IMG/VR virus record: IMGVR_UViG_3300008952_002488 | Location: 32,001 to 96,000 of that record | Origin: a virus | Length of the DNA: 64,000 bases | Reading direction: 5' to 3' (one strand) | Shown here: in pieces, positions 36,419-46,226 of the stretch | Position numbering within the stretch: position 1 is the stretch's first letter | Layout: every line of letters begins with the position of its first letter | The notes under the pieces: model-generated | Databases searched by the model: none | What the model was told of the DNA's origin: nothing | The model's input: only the letters and a program-made list of their open reading frames with translations | Position numbers and translations under genes: made by a program

Positions 36419-38496
36419 TGTATGCGCCGTTTAAGCAACATCATCTTGACTACGTTGCCAGCGTTCCCGCCGTTAACAATGAGTTTGCAGACAAAGTAAA
36501 AGAATTAGACCACAGGCTTCAGAAAAACGGCTTGGCTTATAAAAATTGGGATACAATGACAGATCACCAGCAGGAGATCTTTTCTCAAAGCCTGTTCCTT
36601 GATGGTCAGTGTGCAAACAGTGTACAGGATTATGTTAGAGGTGCTGCCCATAGCTGTGAGCCCTGTGCGGTCGAGGAACTTCACCACCACTCCCCAGCTT
36701 TAATGCGAGCGATTGACGAAGAGAAAGAAAAACTTCCTGACATGAAGGTAAAGATTGGGGAAAGTTTAAATATTTTTAATGGACTCATCGACGTAGTGTT
36801 GGAGCAAATATTGTTCGAAGAAGAATCGGAAGATCAACGATATGCATCAGTTAATGAAGCGGTACAAGAGATCCTGGCAGCGGCTAACTCCGAAGTAACA
36901 ACTAACGGTGCAGATGGAGCAGGTGCCCCTCCGCAAAAAAAAAGAGATGGCACATACGGAAACGCCAAGATGTGGCAATACACTAACACACTAGGTCCCC
37001 AGTCTTCCCGCCTAGAATTGCTTAATACGGTAAAAGCTAAACTCACTGAACTGGGGGCTACGGATTTTATAGACTACAAAGAAGCCTTTCGGGGATTTCG
37101 TGCCATTTGGCCCGATGGCTTCAATTACGGACTAAAGATATTTAAAGGTGGAGCGAAGGGCATCGGAAACAAGGGAGATATTCTAGAAGGGTTGTTGGCG
37201 TCTGCCTTTTATTTGCGCTTTCTAGATCCAGATGGGGAACTTGACGCTAATGATATTTTTAAGACGGCTCGCTCGTTAGGTAAAAATGCGACGTCCAATA
37301 GGAGCGGAAAGGGTAAAAATGGATCGGTAGGACCAACACCATCAGGAAAAGACGGAGAAGACAAAGTAACTCTCAGAGTGGGGTTAGCCAACGGAGTGTT
37401 CAGTGACTTGACGGCGGTAAAAGAAGATGCCGACGATACCGAAGAGGAGGTGGGCGTTTGGGACGACGACCTTCGCCCCTTGGCGGTGGGAGCCGCCAGG
37501 GCAGCAAGTACCCGAGGCGCTAAAGAACTAGCCAAAACACTATGGGAAAGCCAGGTGGATAATATCGTGGTTAGCGCCATGGGTTTGGAGGGACAGACTG
37601 TAACTAAGGCAGACTTGCAGGTCACTATTGATGGAAGGCCCGACCTAGACTTTCCCGACGCCGCTGGCGCAACTCTTAAAACAATCGGAAACTTGTCGCT
37701 GAAATATAATTCTACCCTCTTGGGACAAACGGGCAAAAGCTGGACAGGACCCAAGGGAATCCAACAAATGATAAAAGACATGTTTATGGTGGATGTGGGA
37801 GATCAGTCAGATGCCTGGCAAAAGGTGTTGGATACTTATGCAGGTACTGAGCAAGGGAATGACAAACTCAAGGAAGCTTTGTCTGATATGGTGATGGCGA
37901 AAGTAGAAGCTCAACTTGCGCCCATTTTCAACCCGCCTGGCAAAGACGAAGAGGCGGAAGCACAGGCTAAAAAAGCTCTACTCACAGCTATCGAGGGCGG
38001 CGTTCGCAAAGCCGGCACAGGATATACAGCCGAACAGATTGCTGATGCGGGACAGGATACACCTCCGATGGGATTCTTGTCTATTGGCAACGAGACTGCC
38101 TATTATTTAGATTTTTACGAGTCTTTGACGAAGGCGATGCAGGATACAGCCGACTTGGCTGTGGTTCACAAAAAAGATGAGGGCGAGAATCCTATGTTGC
38201 TGTTTTATGATAGAAGTAAACTTACCAATGATGATGACCCAAGCTCCGCCCCCTATCCTGAACCTAGAACAAAATCCAGTCCTAATGTATTATTCTCTTA
38301 TCGGGGGAAGCCCGAAAACAAAGGCAAAACATTTAGGACCTACATTGAGTACGGACCCCGGTTGAAAGAGTTGACGGAGATATTTGATGACGATGCCCAG
38401 GCACAAATCCAGCAAGCGGCCGCTGAAGCTGTTGAGCCCGCAGGTGCTGACGATGCTCCTGATATCACTTCTCCCGACGTAAGTCCAGCACAATAG
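36418..38496 (+). CDS. Large protein with putative PD-(D/E)xK nuclease domain
   Basis: NKGDILEGLLASAFYLRF...TKADLQV...NLSLKY; adjacent to a Dam-family MTase. Confidence 0.55.
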   Translation: MYAPFKQHHLDYVASVPAVNNEFADKVKELDHRLQKNGLAYKNWDTMTDHQQEIFSQSLFLDGQCANSVQDYVRGAAHSCEPCAVEELHHHSPALMRAIDEEKEKLPDMKVKIGESLNIFNGLIDVVLEQILFEEESEDQRYASVNEAVQEILAAANSEVTTNGADGAGAPPQKKRDGTYGNAKMWQYTNTLGPQSSRLELLNTVKAKLTELGATDFIDYKEAFRGFRAIWPDGFNYGLKIFKGGAKGIGNKGDILEGLLASAFYLRFLDPDGELDANDIFKTARSLGKNATSNRSGKGKNGSVGPTPSGKDGEDKVTLRVGLANGVFSDLTAVKEDADDTEEEVGVWDDDLRPLAVGAARAASTRGAKELAKTLWESQVDNIVVSAMGLEGQTVTKADLQVTIDGRPDLDFPDAAGATLKTIGNLSLKYNSTLLGQTGKSWTGPKGIQQMIKDMFMVDVGDQSDAWQKVLDTYAGTEQGNDKLKEALSDMVMAKVEAQLAPIFNPPGKDEEAEAQAKKALLTAIEGGVRKAGTGYTAEQIADAGQDTPPMGFLSIGNETAYYLDFYESLTKAMQDTADLAVVHKKDEGENPMLLFYDRSKLTNDDDPSSAPYPEPRTKSSPNVLFSYRGKPENKGKTFRTYIEYGPRLKELTEIFDDDAQAQIQQAAAEAVEPAGADDAPDITSPDVSPAQ

Positions 38497-38513
38497 AAAG
38501 AAAGCGAGGATAA

Positions 38514-39326
38514 TTGAAATCTCTTTTAAGATACCCAGGTGGTAAAACAAGAGCCCTCAAACACATTACACCTTATTTCCCAAAAAACCTGACAGAAATT
38601 GTCAGTCCCTTTTTTGGTGGCGGGTCTATTGAGATTCACTACGCCTCGCAAGGTGTGCGAGTTCATGGCTATGACATCTTTGAGCCGCTCGTAAACTTCT
38701 GGCAACATGTCCTAGAAGACCCCAAGGGAATGTCCCGCCTTCTTGAGGAAATGTTTCATCCGTGTACAAAAGATATGTTTCTTCAGTATCAGAAGAAGCA
38801 GGGCTGGGACCACATGGATAACACTCACATGCTTTGGCGAGAGATGCGAGCCTGTATGTATTACGCTTTAAACCGCTCGTCATTTAGCGGGGCAACTATG
38901 AGCGGCGGATACTCACAACAAGCAGCAGACAAGCGGTTCACCCAAAGCAGCATTGACCGCCTTAGAAACTTCTCATGTCCCTTTCTAACTGTAAAGCAAG
39001 CGGACTTCACCGACAGCCTACGGAGACACGACGATGAAACTTTTATCTACGCTGACCCACCATATCTTTTGGAAAAGTCTACTCTATACGGTGAAAGGGG
39101 TTCGGCACATAAGGACTTCGACCACCAAAGTTTTGCGGAAGAAATCAAAAAGAAAAACAACTGGGTGATATCTTACAACCCTCACCCTGAAATTCTGGAA
39201 CTATACAAAGATTATAAAATAGTATACCCTGAATGGGCATATGGTATGTCCAAAGACAAGAAGTCCAAGGAGATACTGATACTTAACGTTAAGGAGAATG
39301 AAGATGCGTTATTTACTGATGATTAG
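38514..39326 (+). CDS. Dam/D12-class N6-adenine DNA methyltransferase
   Basis: LRYPGGK, SPFFGGGS, LNRSSFSG, YADPPY, ISYN. Confidence 0.93.
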   Translation: MKSLLRYPGGKTRALKHITPYFPKNLTEIVSPFFGGGSIEIHYASQGVRVHGYDIFEPLVNFWQHVLEDPKGMSRLLEEMFHPCTKDMFLQYQKKQGWDHMDNTHMLWREMRACMYYALNRSSFSGATMSGGYSQQAADKRFTQSSIDRLRNFSCPFLTVKQADFTDSLRRHDDETFIYADPPYLLEKSTLYGERGSAHKDFDHQSFAEEIKKKNNWVISYNPHPEILELYKDYKIVYPEWAYGMSKDKKSKEILILNVKENEDALFTDD

Positions 39327-39831
39327 TTTATTGTTGCCTGCGATGGCAACAGCAGAGGAGCAGCGAATTGGTTTTGTTGCTGGCTCGACCCACGGTGTGG
39401 GGCTTGGTTATAGCAGGCAGTTTGACGATGGTCGAGGCTGGCAAGTCTCACTCCTGCCGATTGTGGATGAAGACTTCGATTCGACTGTTTTTGTCGGCGG
39501 AACACTTTTTCACACACTTAACTCTACCAGTTGGGGGCGTGCCTATTGGTCGCTAGGTCTCGCTGCTTTTTACCACCGAGACAGCGGCGACCACTGGGAG
39601 TATGTATGCGATGACAACGGTGACAACTGTAGGGACATAGAGATCACAGGGCAACTTGACGAGGGTGTTATGTTCTCGTTTGGTCCGGGTGTTGGGCTTG
39701 AGCGCCGATGGAAGCAGTTTGCCGTAGCTTTGGAGTTGCCGTTGGCAATTCAGGTTGGGTATGCAAATCATCAGTTTGGATTCTTGGGGATGCACCCTAT
39801 TCCTAACTTCTCGTTGATGTATTTTTGGTAG
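39298..39831 (+). CDS. Small outer-membrane beta-barrel protein
   Basis: Sec signal (AMATA-E), about 8 amphipathic Gly/aromatic strands, C-terminal FSLMYFW. Confidence 0.7.
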   Translation: MKMRYLLMISLLLPAMATAEEQRIGFVAGSTHGVGLGYSRQFDDGRGWQVSLLPIVDEDFDSTVFVGGTLFHTLNSTSWGRAYWSLGLAAFYHRDSGDHWEYVCDDNGDNCRDIEITGQLDEGVMFSFGPGVGLERRWKQFAVALELPLAIQVGYANHQFGFLGMHPIPNFSLMYFW

Positions 39832-39843
39832 GAGAAAAACAAT

Positions 39844-41430
39844 ATGAATGATGACCACATCTTGTTTGGTGATGAAATTAGACAGAAGCTTCTTTCTGGT
39901 GCTAATAAATTGACTGATGCGGTGGCTTCGACTCTTGGACCTCGTGGGCAAAATGTAATTCTCTATAGACGTGGTGCTGACCCTGTTATCACAAAGGATG
40001 GCGTAAGCGTTGCCCGTGTTGTAGAACTTGACGACGATTACGAGCAAGCAGCAGTGGAGGTGCTTCGCCAAGCAGCCCTCCAAACAGAAAAGACGAGTGG
40101 CGATGGCACAACGACCAGTACTGTTTTGGCTCGTGCCATACTGCTAGCAGCCAACAAGCACATTGCTGCCGGTGCCTCATCTACTGATATCAAGAGAGGG
40201 ATTGATGCAGCAGTTGAGGCAATATGTGACAGGATTACAGAACTCGCACAGCCAGTTTCCAGCGAGGAAGAGATCCGACATGTTGCAACAGTTTCTGCCA
40301 ACGGCGATGAGGCTATAGGGGCATTGATTGCCGAGGCAGTGGCTGCCGCAGGAAAAGACGGGTCTATCACCATTGAGGAAAGCCGTTCCCTGAAAACTAT
40401 TCTGGATGTTGTTGAGGGCTTCCGCTTCGATGGCGGCTTTGTCTCTCCACAGTTTGTAACAGACCAGAGGCGTGCAGTTATAGAATATAGAGATGCCCTC
40501 GTGTTTGTGACCGACGAGACTTTAGACAATGTTGAGGAGATGCTGTCAATTTTAGAGGTGGTGGCTCGTGATGGTCGCCCCTTTGTTATTGTGGCGGAAG
40601 AGATTGAGGGTCAACTTCTTGCGGCATTGATTATGAATCGTATGCGAAATGACATGAAGATTGCCGCAGTCAAGGCACCCAAGTACGGCGAAGAGCGACG
40701 CAGCCTTCTGGAGGATATTGCGCTGGTTACGGGAGCCACCTTCGTCAGCAAAGATAGTGGTATCAGACTCAGGGATGTCAAGCTGGAGCACCTGGGGTCT
40801 GTGAAAAGAATAGAGATCAGCAAGAGACGGACTATCTTATCTGACAGCGACGTTGACTATGGGGAATTAGAAAAAAGAGTAGAGTCCCTCACCGCTCTTA
40901 TGGAAGACACAGAAGACCTCAAGGAAGCCGAAGCAATCCAAGAGAGAATAACAAGACTTCAGTCTGCCGTCGCCGTCGTTCGCATCGGAGGAGCAACAGA
41001 AATCGAAGTCACAGAAAAGAAACACAGAGTTGAGGACGCCTTAGAGGCAGTCAGGTCAGCACAAGAGGAGGGGATTGTTCCTGGCGGCGGCACAGCTTTG
41101 ATAAAAGCTGCTCATGCGGTAAGGGTTGAGCTAGCCAACGAGGACGAACTTCGGGGCGCTCAAGCTCTAGCAGAAGCGTGTACGGCTCCAATGAAACAGA
41201 TACTCAAGAATGCAGACGTGTCCTCGGACCTAGTGATAAATACCCTTCCTCATGATGAAGAGAGTCTTAATGTTGGCTTTAATGCTAGGACTGAAAACTT
41301 TGAAGATTTAATCGAGTCGGGCGTCATCGACCCAGCAAAAACTGTGAAGTGTGCGTTACAAAACGCCGCTAGCGCAGCGGGAACGCTGCTCACAACTAAT
41401 TGTGCTGTTTTAAAGAAAGGTGGTGAATAA
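39844..41430 (+). CDS. groEL: Chaperonin GroEL
   Basis: TLGPRG, ITKDGVSVA, GDGTTT, KAPKYG, GIVPGGG, GVIDP. Confidence 0.97.
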   Translation: MNDDHILFGDEIRQKLLSGANKLTDAVASTLGPRGQNVILYRRGADPVITKDGVSVARVVELDDDYEQAAVEVLRQAALQTEKTSGDGTTTSTVLARAILLAANKHIAAGASSTDIKRGIDAAVEAICDRITELAQPVSSEEEIRHVATVSANGDEAIGALIAEAVAAAGKDGSITIEESRSLKTILDVVEGFRFDGGFVSPQFVTDQRRAVIEYRDALVFVTDETLDNVEEMLSILEVVARDGRPFVIVAEEIEGQLLAALIMNRMRNDMKIAAVKAPKYGEERRSLLEDIALVTGATFVSKDSGIRLRDVKLEHLGSVKRIEISKRRTILSDSDVDYGELEKRVESLTALMEDTEDLKEAEAIQERITRLQSAVAVVRIGGATEIEVTEKKHRVEDALEAVRSAQEEGIVPGGGTALIKAAHAVRVELANEDELRGAQALAEACTAPMKQILKNADVSSDLVINTLPHDEESLNVGFNARTENFEDLIESGVIDPAKTVKCALQNAASAAGTLLTTNCAVLKKGGE

Positions 41431-41472
41431 AAACACAAGTCTAACGACTAATTAAAACAGCCGGTTTCATAC

Positions 41473-41507
41473 AAAAGACCAGAGTATTTTATGCCTGGTC
41501 TTTTTTT
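41473..41507 (+). terminator. Terminator-like hairpin
   Basis: AAAAGACCAG..CTGGTCTTTT followed by a T-run. Confidence 0.65.
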
Positions 41508-41523
41508 ATATTGGAGCACTCAA

Positions 41524-41982
41524 ATGAGCGATGATCTTTTAAAACTTGTTTTGCAAAAAGTAGAAAATATGGAGCACAAAATCACTAGTGCTAAGTCGCT
41601 CAACGGTGGGTTTGATAAATTAGCGATAGATGTTGAGCACATCAAAGATTCCCAACGGGAAGTCCTTGACGCCGTGCGAGGCGTAAAGAAAAGCCTTTAC
41701 GAGCCAGACTCAGGGCTTTTTAGCCGAGTTAAAGAGTTGGAACTGGAATCAGCACGACGCCAAGAATATATTAATGAAACTAAACCCATTGTGGCACAAC
41801 ATCAAGAAGTTCTTATGTGGAAGAATCAAGTCCAAAAAGATGTGGACGAGGTAGAGGAGCTTCGTCTTGAGGTATCTAAGCTTCAAGACTGGAAAGCAGG
41901 TATGCAAAAGGTCATCTGGCTCATAGCAACTGCTGCTGGTGGTATGTGGGTTAAGCACTTTATGGATCTCGTGATGAAGTAA
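41524..41982 (+). CDS. Coiled-coil protein with C-terminal TM helix (holin/XhlA-like topology)
   Basis: Heptad-rich body, then VIWLIATAAGGMWV. Confidence 0.55.
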   Translation: MSDDLLKLVLQKVENMEHKITSAKSLNGGFDKLAIDVEHIKDSQREVLDAVRGVKKSLYEPDSGLFSRVKELELESARRQEYINETKPIVAQHQEVLMWKNQVQKDVDEVEELRLEVSKLQDWKAGMQKVIWLIATAAGGMWVKHFMDLVMK

Positions 41983-41983
41983 G

Positions 41984-42115
41984 ATGTTTACTTTGTTTGT
42001 CGCTGTCGTATGCTTAGGTGGAGCGATCTATTATCGCAATCGCTGGAAGAAATGCGAGAAGCAAAAAGAAAATCTATCTAAAAATCGGATGTTGTGGGAA
42101 GATTGGGGAGAATAA
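41984..42115 (+). CDS. 43 aa TM-anchored peptide, not in ORF track
   Basis: MFTLFVAVVCLGGAIYYRNRWKK (hand translation). Confidence 0.5.
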   Translation: MFTLFVAVVCLGGAIYYRNRWKKCEKQKENLSKNRMLWEDWGE

Positions 42116-42116
42116 A

Positions 42117-42476
42117 ATGAAAAACTGGAAACCTTTTTTTATTGAGAACAGCAAAGTTCCTGTTGTTCTCTCTTATTTTGCCCCCATTCAGATATGGGCT
42201 ATTACTTTATTCTTTTTGGTCTTTTGTAAAGGAGAGTTGGGAGAGGTTACGAAGCGCCACGAGACAATACACTTCCAACAATTTTTAGAGACAGGTGTTA
42301 TTGGCATGGTCGCTTTGTATTTGTGGGATTACCTTCATGGTTATATCAAATATCGAGACGGAGCAGAGGCCTATAGAAGAATCAGAGCAGAACAGGAAGC
42401 CTATGAAATGGCTGATGATCCTGATTACCTCGCAACTCGTCCACGTTTTTTGTGGATAAAAAAATATAAAGTATAA
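42117..42476 (+). CDS. Small zincin-like (HExxH) protein
   Basis: RHETIH...AYRRIRAEQEAY. Confidence 0.65.
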   Translation: MKNWKPFFIENSKVPVVLSYFAPIQIWAITLFFLVFCKGELGEVTKRHETIHFQQFLETGVIGMVALYLWDYLHGYIKYRDGAEAYRRIRAEQEAYEMADDPDYLATRPRFLWIKKYKV

Positions 42477-42483
42477 ATAAAAC

Positions 42484-42513
42484 TTGACCTACCCTAGATG
42501 TATGCTAATATAC
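42484..42513 (+). promoter_or_regulatory. Sigma70-type early promoter
   Basis: AACTTGACC..ATGCTAATATAC; the 12-mer is identical to the one at 54030. Confidence 0.75.
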
Positions 42514-42533
42514 ATATGTAAGGGAGACAGGTA

Positions 42534-43169
42534 ATGGGTTATTGGCATCAAATGTATCCTCGCCCTCAACGGGCTGAACGAGTGGAACTCACAAACGGGG
42601 CAGCCCGCTTTGAGTCCCTGATGTCCAAAGAGTTGTCGGAGCGTGACCGCAAGTTTGCTGGGTCTCTCAAGCGTCAGTTTGAGGATGGCGGCAAGTTGTC
42701 CGTCAAGCAAGTCGAGTGCCTTGAGCGTATGGAAGAGCGGTACTCCGACGAGGCTATCGTCGCCCGCAACGAGTGGGAAGCAAACTACAAAGCAAACCAT
42801 CGCCCCCTCGCTCAGATCTGCGCTCAATACTACCGCACCACCACTTACTTCCGTGACCTTGCTACCAAGGTTCTTTTGGATGAGGACTTCGTTCCCACCG
42901 AAAAGCAGTTTAACGCTCTCACCAAAAACAAGTATGCCAAGAAGGCCATCGCTGCTGCGGTTGAAGCGCCTGCCTTCCCTGTCGGTTCGCTCTGTAAGGT
43001 GCGTGCCAACTACAACTTGGTCCAGCGTCGTGACCTTCACGATCAGGTTGGTCTGGTGGTTGCTAACCACCCCGTCGGGCTCTACGCCTCCTCAACCATC
43101 CTTGTAAATGGCGAGCACGTCAAGCTCCAAGACCGTTGCTTGAAGGCGGCGAAGAAGAAAAAGAAATAA
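42534..43169 (+). CDS. Early protein with C-terminal SH3-like domain
   Basis: Own promoter and SD; LSVKQVECL; FPVGSLCKV..VGLVV. Confidence 0.7.
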   Translation: MGYWHQMYPRPQRAERVELTNGAARFESLMSKELSERDRKFAGSLKRQFEDGGKLSVKQVECLERMEERYSDEAIVARNEWEANYKANHRPLAQICAQYYRTTTYFRDLATKVLLDEDFVPTEKQFNALTKNKYAKKAIAAAVEAPAFPVGSLCKVRANYNLVQRRDLHDQVGLVVANHPVGLYASSTILVNGEHVKLQDRCLKAAKKKKK

Positions 43170-43221
43170 CTTAACAAAATCTCAATAATGAGACATAATC
43201 CTATTAAGGAGGATTTCGTAT

Positions 43222-43749
43222 ATGCGAGCAACAATTAGTTTTGAGGCGGATGTGTCCAGGGTAAACGACATTATGCGCTCTTTGGTTTTGGAGGAGTCCA
43301 ATGCTCTTCAGGACGCTTTCATCTGCCTGGAGAAGGCAACTGCCGACCGCATCGTGGAGGGCGTGTCCGAAGCTCTGAATCATATTTATACCGTAGCGAA
43401 TCAACTGGAGCAGTACCGAGACATGATGCTTGGATTTGAGCGTGCTCGGTTTGAGACAATGCTACCACAACCAGCGCAAGAATCTCTTGAGAATCTTGGT
43501 AATATCAGAGAAACTATCGAAGAGACGAAGAGAAATGTTCAAGGAGTCGAAGAAGCTCTGAGTAATATGTCTACCATGGATCCAAACGACATTCCCGCAG
43601 CGGAGCCAGTGTTCGACCCTAGCGAGTTTGACCCCTCTCAATTGAAGGGGTTAAAGGATACGGTTACCCAAATGAGGAGGTTTGCTAATTTTATTAAGGG
43701 GGCGGAAGATTCCTCCCTAGGAGAAGAACATGAACCTCAAGAAGGGTGA
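43222..43749 (+). CDS. Hypothetical helical protein
   Basis: SD AAGGAGG; 175 aa. Confidence 0.65.
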   Translation: MRATISFEADVSRVNDIMRSLVLEESNALQDAFICLEKATADRIVEGVSEALNHIYTVANQLEQYRDMMLGFERARFETMLPQPAQESLENLGNIRETIEETKRNVQGVEEALSNMSTMDPNDIPAAEPVFDPSEFDPSQLKGLKDTVTQMRRFANFIKGAEDSSLGEEHEPQEG

Positions 43750-43957
43750 CCTAGTATATCTGCCTTCGGATATTACACTCCTTGACACTGGGGACCCATC
43801 GGCACCTGTTGATTGGATAAGATTATCTGAGCCTAGTATGGCTGTAATGGTAGAACCTAATTTTAATAACGAAAACATTTATCACAAGGTTCACGTCAAA
43901 GGAGACGATTGGCTTGTGCGAACAATTGATACAATGGAGGTAATGTCCCGTGCTTAA
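43730..43957 (+). CDS. SH3/KOW-like mini-protein
   Basis: MNLKKGDLVY..MEVMS. Confidence 0.65.
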   Translation: MNLKKGDLVYLPSDITLLDTGDPSAPVDWIRLSEPSMAVMVEPNFNNENIYHKVHVKGDDWLVRTIDTMEVMSRA

Positions 43958-44261
43958 AGTTTCAGAAGTATATGAAAAACAAGTTAAAACATTTAAGGAG
44001 CGCCCCGACGGCTCTGAGTTTGTTAGTTTTGAAAAGATTTATGACACACGAGAGTGTTTACTAAACACGGAATATGTTGTTTCTATCCACCCTCATGAAT
44101 TTACAACTTCTGTGGATCATAGTAGGTTGGAGGGTAGATTTCCCGAAGGGACAAAGTTCTGTACCTTCGTGCTAGATGGCAATTCTTTTCGCTCATCTGA
44201 AATTGTCGTGGTTGGGTCTTTTCAAAAGTTTTGTCGGCTGTTGCAGGAAAATGACTCATGA
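43950..44261 (+). CDS. Hypothetical protein (FlbD-like pattern)
   Basis: LLNTEYVVSI..IVVVGS; SD GGAGGT. Confidence 0.55.
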   Translation: MLKVSEVYEKQVKTFKERPDGSEFVSFEKIYDTRECLLNTEYVVSIHPHEFTTSVDHSRLEGRFPEGTKFCTFVLDGNSFRSSEIVVVGSFQKFCRLLQENDS

Positions 44262-45040
44262 GCCTGCCAACTTGGGGCGAACTATGGGACTATCACTGCA
44301 CCTTGAAGGATGTTGGGAACAGGACTCATGGGCTCCCCAGGCTCGGCGGCCTTTCCCGAAAATTGAATCCTTTTTATGAAGAGATGGCTTCACGCCGCTA
44401 CAACTACGCTGCGTCATCAGATAAAGCCGCTTTTCGTTTGGTGTTTCTCAAGGATGTTCTGAAGAATCCAGACAATAAAACCTTGGTCCGCAAAGGAAGG
44501 TTCATCTGGTGCAAAAATATAAGATACGAAGGACAAGGCAAAGAAGGTCTGCGTCAAATTTCTTTTACTGTTGACAAAGGTAAGAAAAGATTTCTGGTAT
44601 CAGAAAATAATGTCCTTTGTGTCCCGTCAAAGATTTTCATAAACAACAATAGGTATTTTCGAGAAAAGGAAAAAACATTTACTGCCTTCTCATCGGTGTT
44701 TGCCTATAAAAATACTTTTAATATGATGCTCAAGGAGAGTGACCTCGACCGCCAAGATTTTCAAGATCTCATTAACAGAGATAACCCTTATAAGCCAGGG
44801 ACATTAGTTGCCCCTCGTCTTGGGTATTTTTACCCTCAGCGAGCGAACACCATGCGTTCTACCCCGAAGAATGACAAAGATAAACTAAAACTAACTGCCG
44901 AGCACCCGTATGGTATTATTATTGGAAGTTTTCCCGACAACAGCGACTATTCAGGAAGAGAGTTTTACCGAGTTAGGTTCGGAGATACTACTTATGAAAG
45001 GGTACACCCAATTCAAATGGAGGTTGTAAATGAAGTTTAG
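44258..45040 (+). CDS. Hypothetical protein with C-terminal SH3-like domain
   Basis: YKPGTLV..YGIII..YRVRF..MEVVNE. Confidence 0.6.
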   Translation: MSLPTWGELWDYHCTLKDVGNRTHGLPRLGGLSRKLNPFYEEMASRRYNYAASSDKAAFRLVFLKDVLKNPDNKTLVRKGRFIWCKNIRYEGQGKEGLRQISFTVDKGKKRFLVSENNVLCVPSKIFINNNRYFREKEKTFTAFSSVFAYKNTFNMMLKESDLDRQDFQDLINRDNPYKPGTLVAPRLGYFYPQRANTMRSTPKNDKDKLKLTAEHPYGIIIGSFPDNSDYSGREFYRVRFGDTTYERVHPIQMEVVNEV

Positions 45041-45287
45041 ATTATACACAAAGACTAGCTGTCCTTATTGTCATATGGCGGTAAGGTTATTGGCAGATCA
45101 TCAAAAAGAATTCGAGTGCTATGCTTTGGATCAGCAGCCTGATCTATTGAATGAGATACAGAACACATACAACTGGAATACCGTACCAGTAGTTGTAGAA
45201 ATCACCGAAGGTCAAGAAAAGTTTATCGGCGGCTATACCGATTTAAAAGAGTACCTAGATACTGGAAAGCAACTGCTGAAGGGGTAA
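45030..45287 (+). CDS. grx: Glutaredoxin
   Basis: CPYC, TVP, FIGGYTDL. Confidence 0.92.
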   Translation: MKFRLYTKTSCPYCHMAVRLLADHQKEFECYALDQQPDLLNEIQNTYNWNTVPVVVEITEGQEKFIGGYTDLKEYLDTGKQLLKG

Positions 45288-45292
45288 AGCAT

Positions 45293-45895
45293 ATGATATG
45301 GACTTCGACTATTTCGCCACTGGTGAAAGATGTAGAGCTAAGGAAGCCCCCAATCATTGTGAGGGTCAACAAGTTTACAGAAGATTCTGCAAAAAAGTTT
45401 CACCACGAGATGGCGCAGGCTCACAACACAGGGCAAAAGGTAATTCCGATAGTCATTGATTCGTATGGGGGGCAGGTTTACGCTCTTATGTCTATGATTG
45501 CAGCTATTGAATCTGCCGAACTTCCGGTTGCTACCATTGTTGAGGGTAAGGCAATGTCCTGCGGTGCGGTACTTCTGACCTTTGGAGAGCAGGGAATGAG
45601 ATTCGCCGACCCTAACGCCACTGTTATGATTCACGATGTGAGCAGCGGAGGCTGGGGAAAGATCGAAGAACTTAAAGCAGACGTGGCAGAAGCCGAGCGC
45701 CTCGACGAAAAGATTTTCACTATGATGGCTCGTAACTGCGGTAAGAAAGATGATTACTTTAAGAAAAAAGTTTTCAACAAGAAACACGCTGATTGGTTCA
45801 TGGATGCCGCCGAAGCCAAGAAACACGGGCTCGTTAACCATTTGCGCTTACCTAAATTGTCTCTCAAGATTGGGGTTGAAATTGATTTTGAGTGA
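45293..45895 (+). CDS. clpP: ClpP-like protease subunit
   Basis: IDSYGG, GKAMSCG (Ser), MIHDVS (His), DWFMDAAEAKKHGL. Confidence 0.85.
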   Translation: MIWTSTISPLVKDVELRKPPIIVRVNKFTEDSAKKFHHEMAQAHNTGQKVIPIVIDSYGGQVYALMSMIAAIESAELPVATIVEGKAMSCGAVLLTFGEQGMRFADPNATVMIHDVSSGGWGKIEELKADVAEAERLDEKIFTMMARNCGKKDDYFKKKVFNKKHADWFMDAAEAKKHGLVNHLRLPKLSLKIGVEIDFE

Positions 45896-45911
45896 CCGAT
45901 CAGTCTATGCA

Positions 45912-46226
45912 ATGAAGTTTAAAACCTTTTTTGCGGGCATCGAAGCCGCCCAGAGAGATTTAGATTACTTAGAAGACTTTCTAAAGAACCCTTATGATCA
46001 GTTTGTTATTCGAAATATCGGAGATTTTTGCCTTGCTGTCACAGCCCTTTCGACACAATTGGATTATATGACCAAGAGCCTAGCTAAAAATCAGGTTTCA
46101 GATGACGGCAAGTTATTATACCTGTCGGAAGAGCAGTTAACTTCGCTTGGCTTTTATTCAGATTTAGCTACTTCATCTGTTGAGAAAATAAGAACATCAT
46201 GTGGTATTGATTTGGAGATTAATTAA
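45912..46226 (+). CDS. Hypothetical protein
   Basis: ORF coupled by TAATG to the next gene. Confidence 0.55.
   Translation: MKFKTFFAGIEAAQRDLDYLEDFLKNPYDQFVIRNIGDFCLAVTALSTQLDYMTKSLAKNQVSDDGKLLYLSEEQLTSLGFYSDLATSSVEKIRTSCGIDLEIN

Noticed and set aside
20051-41430. Bacterial chromosome origin suggested by dnaE, groEL, guaB, clpP
   Set aside because: These genes are interleaved with tail genes, a gp32-like SSB and phage mini-genes, all on one strand, with no bacterial operon context.
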